Origin: Actinobacteria bacterium HGW-Actinobacteria-7
GTDB lineage: Bacteria; Actinomycetota; Coriobacteriia; Anaerosomatales; PHET01
Direction: 5' to 3'
Length of the DNA stretch: 64,000 bases
Assembly: GCA_002841275.1 (NCBI GenBank)
Contig: PHET01000001.1
Coordinates: forward strand, 171,437 to 235,436
In this document: piece by piece, positions 57,144-64,000 of the stretch
How the letters are laid out: each line of letters starts with the position of its first letter
Numbering within the stretch: position 1 is the first letter of the stretch
Translations under genes and position numbers: made by a program
The notes under the pieces: model-generated
Database searches by the model: none
Told to the model about the DNA's origin: nothing
What the model saw: the letters and a program-made list of their open reading frames with translations, nothing else

Positions 57144-59315
57144 CTATGGCGTCGAACCCGGCTCCATCGCATCAACCGCGACGTCGGTTGGGGGCGCGGC
57201 CATCTCGGTGCGCATCTTGGACTTGATGGCTGCAACCATCTCGTCCTGCGCCGGATCAGGCTTCCGGTCGCTCACTTGGGCGATAGTGCCAAGCTTCTCG
57301 GTAGCGAGAAGCGTCATGAGTAGACCGAATGCGCTGGTGTTCGCCCCGGAATCCTCGCCCTCCCCTCCCATCGAGACAACCGTGCTGGGAACGATGGGTA
57401 CCTTCGAGACCTCGATTGCAGTCGCGAGCTTGGTCATCACGTCTTGGATGAGCTGGAACTGCGGGCCGCCGTAAGCCTTGACCTGTTCGTCGATGGCGAC
57501 CGCCTTGCCGATACCGACACGTGCCTCCTTCTCCGCGTCCGCCTCGGCGATCATCTTGACTCTGGCCGCGTCCGCCTCACCGATCAGCTTGACTTTGGTC
57601 GCGTCGGCCTCGGCGAGCAGCTTCACTCGCTCAGCGTCTCCGCCCGCAAGGGTCTTTACGCGGTCCGCATCGGCTTTCGCCAGCGTGCGGACACGGTCGG
57701 CGTCCTGTGCGGCCCGCTGGAGTTCAGCCCGACCGGTGTTCTCCTGGACCTGGATGTTGATCTGAGACTGAGTGAGCATCGTCTGCTGTTCAGCGATGGC
57801 CATCGCCTCTTTGAGCTCGCGCTCCTTGTCAGCGGCGATGCGCTGCTTCTCGAAGGTCTCCAGCTGCTCGAAGGCCACTTGGCGGTCTCGCAGCTGCATG
57901 AGGATCTGCTCAATCTTGTCATCGTTGACCGGGGACTTGGGAGTGCCTATCAAAACCTCTTCAAGCTCCAAGTTGTAGTGAGCGAACTTCTCCTTCATGT
58001 CGACGCTGGACTGCATCTGGATCTCGGAGCGCTGCTGGATGAGCTCGATGATCGTCTTGGTCTGACCGATGTTCTTGAAGTAGGCCGAGACCATCGGGTC
58101 CAACGTCTGGTTGACGAGCATCTTGATGTCGCCAAAGCGCTGGATCACCATCGGCGCCTTCTTGTAGTCGATATGAATGACTACCGAAAGCGGCAATCTG
58201 GGCTCGAACGCATCTCTGGTGATGAGTTCGACCTCGCTCAGGTTCTCATCGAAGTTGTGAGAGCCGGTCTCAGTTGAGATCCACTTGAGAATGATGTTGG
58301 TCGTCGGAACCATGGTGATCGCGCCTGCATACGTGTTGAACGCGTACTTACCCGGCAGCAATGCCTCGTTCCACACGCCGCGGTTGCCCGGTGTGACGAG
58401 TTCCCCGTGCCTGTACTCCTCGCCGGACATGTCCTTGCCCTTGGGGCCGATGTAGGAGACGACCACCCCGGCATAGCCGACGGACACGGTCACCTTCTCG
58501 ATCAACTCGACGGTCGCGAACAGCCGGTTGATGAAGTACGTGCCCTCCGTGAGCACCTGATACTGACGGCCCCGCGAGCCGCCAGCCGCGAGAAACGCCT
58601 CAGGATCTTGAAAGTTGTTGTGGTAGTGCACATCGTCAGGCACATCGCCAACAGCCGGCGCGATGATGTCACCCATCGGAAGCGAAGGACCATCGTGGAC
58701 GGTGACGATGCCCGTCTTGTCGTCATGACCGCGTATGATGACCGGGTCGAAGCCACCCAGTGAGCCAAGGTACGCCGCCATGTTCTGAATCGTGGCGTCC
58801 TCGATCTTGTCACCCATCGGCATGTAGAACACTTTGAACTTGGTGATGATGACGAACTGCGCGAGGTTGAACGCGTACGTGCCCTCTCGCAGGATCTGGC
58901 GCTGAGGCCCTCGCTGCCCCTCGTTCTCAAGAAACGCGCGTACATCCTGAAACGCGTTGCCCGAAACCACGCGTCCCAGAGTCTGCTGTGCGGGCAGAGG
59001 ACTTCCGTCCCGCGCGAACACGTACCCGATCTCGCCCTGCGGGATGGTCACGAGGGGCATTACCCGGACGTTGTACATCAAAGGAGAGCGGAAGTGGATA
59101 CCGCCTCGAAGCACTTCCGGCTGATACCCGGCCTCCCCGCCCAGGGCGATTATCTGGTTGCGCAGCGAACCCTTCGGGCTCCACCACTTGGTGACGATGC
59201 CGACTCTGTCGCTGCGGATGATTCGAAAGCCCACCGCCCAGAGGAGCACCCACGTAGCGACGATTCCAAGAACCAGGATTGCGCCGAAACCTATGATGGC
59301 CTGTATCGCTCCCAA
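57144..59315 (-). CDS. flotillin-family (SPFH/band-7, YqiK/FloT-like) membrane protein
   Basis: 723 aa with N-terminal TM hairpins and SPFH domains. The Ala/Glu/Asp-rich coiled-coil repeats are typical of flotillins (RVKTLAGGDAERVKLLAEADATKVKLIGEADAARVKMIAEADAEKEAR). Confidence 0.8.
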   Translation of the reverse strand: MGAIQAIIGFGAILVLGIVATWVLLWAVGFRIIRSDRVGIVTKWWSPKGSLRNQIIALGGEAGYQPEVLRGGIHFRSPLMYNVRVMPLVTIPQGEIGYVFARDGSPLPAQQTLGRVVSGNAFQDVRAFLENEGQRGPQRQILREGTYAFNLAQFVIITKFKVFYMPMGDKIEDATIQNMAAYLGSLGGFDPVIIRGHDDKTGIVTVHDGPSLPMGDIIAPAVGDVPDDVHYHNNFQDPEAFLAAGGSRGRQYQVLTEGTYFINRLFATVELIEKVTVSVGYAGVVVSYIGPKGKDMSGEEYRHGELVTPGNRGVWNEALLPGKYAFNTYAGAITMVPTTNIILKWISTETGSHNFDENLSEVELITRDAFEPRLPLSVVIHIDYKKAPMVIQRFGDIKMLVNQTLDPMVSAYFKNIGQTKTIIELIQQRSEIQMQSSVDMKEKFAHYNLELEEVLIGTPKSPVNDDKIEQILMQLRDRQVAFEQLETFEKQRIAADKERELKEAMAIAEQQTMLTQSQINIQVQENTGRAELQRAAQDADRVRTLAKADADRVKTLAGGDAERVKLLAEADATKVKLIGEADAARVKMIAEADAEKEARVGIGKAVAIDEQVKAYGGPQFQLIQDVMTKLATAIEVSKVPIVPSTVVSMGGEGEDSGANTSAFGLLMTLLATEKLGTIAQVSDRKPDPAQDEMVAAIKSKMRTEMAAPPTDVAVDAMEPGSTP

Positions 59316-59394
59316 TACCGACTCCTCCCCTCAGAGGAAACACACATGAACGCGTGTACGCGACGCTACGCCAGCTGGCACATATTCACAACCG

Positions 59395-59439
59395 CCCATA
59401 CACAAAGCGGCCGCCCGGATGAGTATTCCGGGCGGCCGC
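59395..59439 (-). terminator. rho-independent terminator downstream of ald
   Basis: A perfect 12-bp stem (GCGGCCGCCCGG-aauacucau-CCGGGCGGCCGC) followed by UUUGUGUAU on the minus strand. Confidence 0.8.
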
Positions 59440-59466
59440 CTTCGTAGCTCTTCTGAATCAGCGCCG

Positions 59467-60582
59467 CTATGCAAGCAGCGACTGCAGCTCGACGTACTCA
59501 AGCCCGTGTGCGTCCGCGACCGGCTTGTAGGTGACCTTGCCGTCAAGGACGTTCACGCCCTTCGCGAGCGCGGCATCGTCGGCCACGGCCCGCTTCCAGC
59601 CCTTGTCTGCAATGGCCAGACCATAGCGAAGTGTCGCGTTGGTCAGTGCCATCGTGGAGGTGTTGGGCACCGCGCCCGGCATGTTGGCCACACCGTAGTG
59701 CAGAACGCCATCGACGAAGTAGGTCGGCTCGGCGTGGGTGGTCGCGTGGGTGGTCTCGATGCAACCGCCCTGGTCAACCGACACGTCCACGACAACCGAG
59801 CCCGGCTTCATGCTGGGAAGCATGTCCTTGGTGATAAGCCACGGAGTCTTCGCACCCGGCAGCAGCACCGCGCCGATGACCAGGTCGGCCGAGAAGACCG
59901 CCTCTTCGACATTGTGCTTGCTCGAATAGACGGTCCGAATCCGGTTGCCCCAGATCTCGTCGAGGTAGCGCAGACGGTCGAGGTTCACGTCCATGATCGT
60001 CACGTCCGCGCCCATGCCCATGGCGACATACGCGGCGTTCGTACCTACGACGCCACCGCCAAGAACAACGACCTTCGCCGGATGTGTGCCGGGGACGCCA
60101 CCCATGAGCACACCGCGCCCACCGAACGGCTTCTGCAGGTACGTAGCGCCCACCTGAGCCGCCATGCGGCCTGCGACCTCAGACATCGGTGCGAGGAGCG
60201 GAAGCGAGCGATTGGGCAGCTCCACCGTCTCGTAGGCGATGCAGACAGCCTGCGAGCCGATGAGGCCCATGGTCTGCTCGTAGTCGGGGGCGAGGTGGAG
60301 ATAGGTATAGAGGATCTGGCCGGGGCGGAGTCGGGCGATTTCGACGGGCTGCGGCTCCTTGACCTTCACGATCATGTCGGCCGTGGCAAAGACCTCGTCT
60401 GCCGTCTCGATGAGCTCTGCACCAGCCTTCAAGTACTCCGCATCGCTGAACGACGAGCCCACGCCAGCGCCTTGCTGGACCAGCACGCGATGGTCATGCG
60501 ACACGAACTCGGCGACGCCCGCAGGCGTCAGACCCACACGAAACTCGTTGTTCTTGATCTCCTTGGGGACTCCAACTATCAC
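59467..60582 (-). CDS. ald: alanine dehydrogenase
   Basis: 371 aa, with MIVGVPKEIKNNEFRVGLTP and the NAD-binding motif VVVLGGGVVGTNAA. Confidence 0.9.
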   Translation of the reverse strand: MIVGVPKEIKNNEFRVGLTPAGVAEFVSHDHRVLVQQGAGVGSSFSDAEYLKAGAELIETADEVFATADMIVKVKEPQPVEIARLRPGQILYTYLHLAPDYEQTMGLIGSQAVCIAYETVELPNRSLPLLAPMSEVAGRMAAQVGATYLQKPFGGRGVLMGGVPGTHPAKVVVLGGGVVGTNAAYVAMGMGADVTIMDVNLDRLRYLDEIWGNRIRTVYSSKHNVEEAVFSADLVIGAVLLPGAKTPWLITKDMLPSMKPGSVVVDVSVDQGGCIETTHATTHAEPTYFVDGVLHYGVANMPGAVPNTSTMALTNATLRYGLAIADKGWKRAVADDAALAKGVNVLDGKVTYKPVADAHGLEYVELQSLLA

Positions 60583-60747
60583 GGAGCTGCCTCCTTCGTT
60601 ACTCGGCCGTCTACATCGTCGGGGGGCCAGCCTCGTCGATCATGAGGCGAATGCCCACAATTACCTTGCCAAGTGTACCGCTGCTGAACCGTTGTGCAAC
60701 GCCACAAATGCATGGCATTCGGGTCATATTGCATATTCTCGGTGCAC

Positions 60748-61836
60748 CTAGAGCACAGTTGATGCCATCCGAGATGCAATCTCTCCCGCAGCAAACGCCG
60801 CAGCGAAGAAGGCCGGGTCGTCGGTGATCCCGCGACCCATGCTCCGCACTTCAATACCTCGTAGTGTAGGAGGAGCCACGTGCCCGGAGTCGGCATCCAC
60901 ACGCGTATGTAGACTCCATACCCCCGCATCGTCCAAAGCCCGCGCTATGGCATCAAGAAATTCTTGGGGCAGCGCCGGAACGGGCACGATCGCGGAGGCC
61001 AGCGCCACTTTGGATAGTGCCGCGAGCGTGTGATGGCTGACCCCTTGGTGGCGTGGCCGTGCGTCAGCAAAAGAGAGACGCAAGCAGGCGATCGGAGTGC
61101 CTCCAAGCACCGAGACGGCATTGATGGCCTCCCCTTGGCAGACCCCACCATGGCCGAATGCCGTCCCCGTCCCCACGACTCCCGGGCCGATTGCAACGAT
61201 AGCCACATCTGCCTCGGCGACATGCTTGGCCGCCAAGAGGCCCGAATGCAGATTCACAGCCTCGTACTGTCCCCCGAACGCCTGGCCACAGGAGATGGTG
61301 GCATCGAGCAGACCGGAATCGACACAGGCGCGCACGGTATCCGAGAGATCCATTGCCAATGCCGCATGGTCGGTCATGCAATACGCGATTCGGAGCGACG
61401 GGTCGGCCTGCTTCGCTGCCGCCGCAACCAAGGGGACTTGGCTGTGCAGACCACAACACACAACCGGCATTGCCTCCAGATCGACAGCGTTCTCCATGAC
61501 CGCATGATGCGGAGACTCTTGGGATTCGACGGCAAGCACATCCACTTGAAGCGGTGTATAGCGTAGCTTGAGCACATGACCTGAGGACGACACATCCATC
61601 GCGACTCCGGTACCCGTCCCCTGCCGAGCCACAACGAAATGGCTACCGCCGGTGCCCAGAGCGAGATTGACTGCGGTGGTGTTGAGGAGCACGCGATCGC
61701 CTTGTGCACAGCTCGCCGACAGCCTCAAGTAGTTGATGGCCACGCCGGACGAACCGTCATCCAGATCGACCGTCAGACGCTGAAAGCCTTCCGCCTCATC
61801 GCCAATTCCGGCAACAGTCGCCCACACCAGTCTCAT
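60748..61836 (-). CDS. conserved hypothetical protein, possibly DUF3866-like
   Basis: About 362 aa, with no recognisable catalytic motif. The start was set at the internal Met to abut the upstream gene. Confidence 0.55.
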   Translation of the reverse strand: MRLVWATVAGIGDEAEGFQRLTVDLDDGSSGVAINYLRLSASCAQGDRVLLNTTAVNLALGTGGSHFVVARQGTGTGVAMDVSSSGHVLKLRYTPLQVDVLAVESQESPHHAVMENAVDLEAMPVVCCGLHSQVPLVAAAAKQADPSLRIAYCMTDHAALAMDLSDTVRACVDSGLLDATISCGQAFGGQYEAVNLHSGLLAAKHVAEADVAIVAIGPGVVGTGTAFGHGGVCQGEAINAVSVLGGTPIACLRLSFADARPRHQGVSHHTLAALSKVALASAIVPVPALPQEFLDAIARALDDAGVWSLHTRVDADSGHVAPPTLRGIEVRSMGRGITDDPAFFAAAFAAGEIASRMASTVL

Positions 61837-61843
61837 GGATCTC

Positions 61844-62995
61844 CTAAAGAGCGAGGCGTCGCCCGGCGGCGACACACAGCGAGAAGAGCTTCTCGAGGTC
61901 GGCGACTAGGATCTCTTCCTGGACCCCGTGCACCCCGGTCATTCCACACGACAGGGCGAGGGTGGGCACGCCCAGCGCCGCAATGATATTCGCGTCGCTC
62001 CCTCCCCCGGTCGAAAACGTGACCGGCACCAGCCCCACGTCGGAACAAGCCTCACGCATGGTGTCGACAGCGCTGGTGTCCGTTGGCAGATTGAAACCCT
62101 CGTACTCAAGATGCCAAGTTATGTTCACTGCGCCGCCGAAAGATGCCGCAGCCTCCTCAAGTGCTTGATCGATCTGAGACCTGACATTCTCGACGCTCTG
62201 TCTATGGAGCGAGCGACACTCCCCAGCAACGCGAGCCTGCGGGGCGACGACATTAGTTGGCCCCACGCCCTCGATGGTCCCGACGTTCGCCGTCGTCGCC
62301 TCGTCGATTCGGCCCATGGGTATATTGCACACCGCACGTGCGGCCATAGCCAGCGCCGAGATGCCCGCCTCGGGCTCAACGCCGGCGTGCAGGAGCTGCG
62401 CGACCGCGAGGCCGACGATCCGCACCTGGGCGCGCGCATCGTGGGGTTCGCGCGCGAGTCCCTGGGCCGCGCCGCGCGGGTCACCGAGATCGTCCCACTT
62501 GCCTACCGCGAGCATTTGCGTCCCCGATGACGTGCCGCCGTGCAACACGACCACCAGCGGCGCCGGTCCCGACAAGCTGGACGGGACATGGACGTGGTAG
62601 GTCCGGTCGAACGTCTTTCCGTTCCACTGCTGGCGCGACGAGTACTTCCACACTTGTCCGTCGGACGCCGATGGCCAACCGCTGCACAACAGTGCGCTCA
62701 GCGGACAGTCCTCCGGTTCGCGACCGAGCGGGGTGAAGGTGGATGGCGGCTCGCTGGCGTCCGGAACCACATCCTGGGAGGCATCTTGGCTGCTGTCTTC
62801 CACGGTGTCCGCGGGCGCGTCGATGCTCGTGTCGCTGGCTGTATCTTCCACGACATCCTCCGACGCATCGATTGCCGCATCGCCGGAAGCTCCTGCGGCC
62901 CCGCCGCCGCCGGGACCGGTCACACCGGATTGCGTATTCGAGGAACAGCCGGAGACGACGAGCAGCAAGACAGGGATCAAGGCGACGGTACGCAT
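61844..62995 (-). CDS. chimeric lipoprotein ORF: lipobox signal, acidic linker and a PHB-depolymerase/LpqC-like esterase N-terminal fragment fused to the C-terminal half of an M20 (PepT-like) peptidase; possibly a fusion or pseudogene
   Basis: It begins MRTVALIPVLLLVVSGCSS, followed by a D/S/A/E-rich linker. The motif YHVHVPSSLSGPAPLVVVLHGGTSSG matches the esterase N-terminus only. From about residue 235 (LHAGVEPE...GRIDEATTANVGTIEGVG...FSTGGGSDANI...) the sequence matches the M20 dimerisation domain and C-terminal lobe. No M20 N-terminal metal-binding half is found in any frame upstream. Confidence 0.45.
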   Translation of the reverse strand: MRTVALIPVLLLVVSGCSSNTQSGVTGPGGGGAAGASGDAAIDASEDVVEDTASDTSIDAPADTVEDSSQDASQDVVPDASEPPSTFTPLGREPEDCPLSALLCSGWPSASDGQVWKYSSRQQWNGKTFDRTYHVHVPSSLSGPAPLVVVLHGGTSSGTQMLAVGKWDDLGDPRGAAQGLAREPHDARAQVRIVGLAVAQLLHAGVEPEAGISALAMAARAVCNIPMGRIDEATTANVGTIEGVGPTNVVAPQARVAGECRSLHRQSVENVRSQIDQALEEAAASFGGAVNITWHLEYEGFNLPTDTSAVDTMREACSDVGLVPVTFSTGGGSDANIIAALGVPTLALSCGMTGVHGVQEEILVADLEKLFSLCVAAGRRLAL

Positions 62996-63118
62996 TTCGT
63001 GTTCCTCACTTTGCGATCCGTCATGGTGCCACGTCTGCACCGTTGTCGTGTTGATTTCGTCTCGCTGGGCCCTGCCGGAGTTGCTCGATCTACCGTTCCC
63101 CATGGGGTGAGGGAGACG

Positions 63119-64000
63119 TCAGTCCTGCGCAGGCTCGAACGCGAAGGGAAGCTCTCGAACCTCGGCCTTGCGGCCTCCGTTGGTCGGCGTCGGCGCCGCA
63201 ATCCCTGCCTCGTCGAGCGTCCGGGCCATCCCACGCTCCACGGCCTCCACCAGATACGGTCGCAGGCTCGACGCGGGGATGATGTGCTGCAGGGAACCGA
63301 CCTCGCGCGCCCGGTCCACACAGTGCACCGAGTCGAAGTAGGCCGCCACGTCCCCCTGCTTCTCGGCAAACACCGTGCGAAACACCTCGTCATAGCGCGC
63401 GCGAAGGCTCATGCGGTCGTGCTCGGACGCCTTGGACAGCTCCTCTTGCACCGCTCGCACACGCTCGTCCGCAAGCACCCGCGCCTTGACCTCCGCAGGG
63501 AACACGACCGCAGCAGCGGGGGCGCCGCCGATCACCGACGCGTGGGACCCCTCGAGAGCTGCCACCTCCAAGCTGTCATTGAGCGTCTTGGAGAAGACCA
63601 CGTAGGCCCCACCATGGTACCTCGAGATGACGCAGAAGATCATTGGCCCCTTGAAGTTGACCACCGCGCGTCCGATCTCCGCCCCGTACTCGAGCTGCAG
63701 CTTGCGCATCGACTCGGGGGAGCCGTCGAAGCCCGAAAGGTTCGCGAGCACCACCACCGGGCGATTGCCGCTCGCCGCGTTGATCGCCCGCGCCACCTTC
63801 TTCGAAGACAGCGGGAAGAGCGTGCCACCCGTCCACGTGTCCGGACCGTCGCCCGGCACGAACCCCAGACGCTGCAAGGGACGTGACTCGATCCCGATCA
63901 CGCACACTGGCACGCCGCCCAGGTAGGCATCCCACACCACCGCGTTCTCCGCGTTGCGCATGCGTGCCCACCGCTCCAGCGGCTGGTCGTCCCGGTCGAT
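63119..64000 (-). CDS. acyl-CoA carboxylase carboxyltransferase-domain protein; C-terminal part only, the gene continues past the window end
   Basis: Motifs of the carboxyltransferase C-terminal subdomain are present (GGAYVVFSKTLN, VLANLSGFDGSPESM). The ORF is open to the window edge. Confidence 0.7.
   Translation of the reverse strand: MDRDDQPLERWARMRNAENAVVWDAYLGGVPVCVIGIESRPLQRLGFVPGDGPDTWTGGTLFPLSSKKVARAINAASGNRPVVVLANLSGFDGSPESMRKLQLEYGAEIGRAVVNFKGPMIFCVISRYHGGAYVVFSKTLNDSLEVAALEGSHASVIGGAPAAAVVFPAEVKARVLADERVRAVQEELSKASEHDRMSLRARYDEVFRTVFAEKQGDVAAYFDSVHCVDRAREVGSLQHIIPASSLRPYLVEAVERGMARTLDEAGIAAPTPTNGGRKAEVRELPFAFEPAQD

Noticed and set aside
62540-63886. 448-aa plus-strand ORF, plus other 100-200-aa ORFs at 61928-63110
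   Set aside because: They are Arg/His/Gly-rich antisense translations of the M20-chimera and carboxyltransferase genes, with no homology or RBS.
1-64000. CRISPR arrays, IS elements, integrases or prophage genes
   Set aside because: No direct-repeat/spacer arrays, transposase or phage structural homologues were seen. The XerC/D-family recombinase at 56160..57062 looks like the chromosomal dimer-resolution enzyme rather than a mobile-element integrase, with no flanking repeats or att-like tRNA junction.

Overview
High-GC (about 65-70%) actinobacterium-like chromosomal segment with dense, mostly minus-strand, largely housekeeping content. In order along the window it contains: (1) a partial fmt gene plus def, priA and metK, with a clear SAM-I riboswitch and terminator in the metK leader; (2) gltX, then tRNA-Gln and tRNA-Glu, then glnS, followed by RNase P RNA (rnpB); (3) a ~1,350-aa secreted surface protein built from three tandem ~370-450-aa modules; (4) a ChlI/ChlD-type AAA+/VWA chelatase-like fusion coupled to an acidic Cys4 protein; (5) a DNA-damage cluster, nfo then dinB convergent with an error-prone dnaE2, in which dnaE2 is preceded by an overlapping uncharacterised 138-aa ORF sitting behind a perfect LexA/Cheo box; (6) a DtxR/IdeR regulator divergent from a strong sigma70 promoter that drives a ~200-nt ORF-less structured RNA candidate; (7) a complete dcw cluster running mraZ, rsmH, ftsL, ftsI, murE, murF, mraY, murD, ftsW, murG, murC, murB, ftsQ, ftsZ with no ftsA, continuing into pgeF, pstSCAB-phoU, yggS, sepF, proC, yggT, divIVA, yggU and queD; (8) small membrane proteins flanking a DUF4349 gene; (9) a BMP-family nucleoside-type ABC transporter, a XerC/D recombinase, a flotillin, ald, a conserved hypothetical, a chimeric lipoprotein ORF (esterase N-terminus joined to an M20 peptidase C-terminus) and a partial carboxyltransferase gene. 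No CRISPR array, IS element or phage genes were seen. Many long ORFs in the six-frame track are antisense artifacts of the high GC content.
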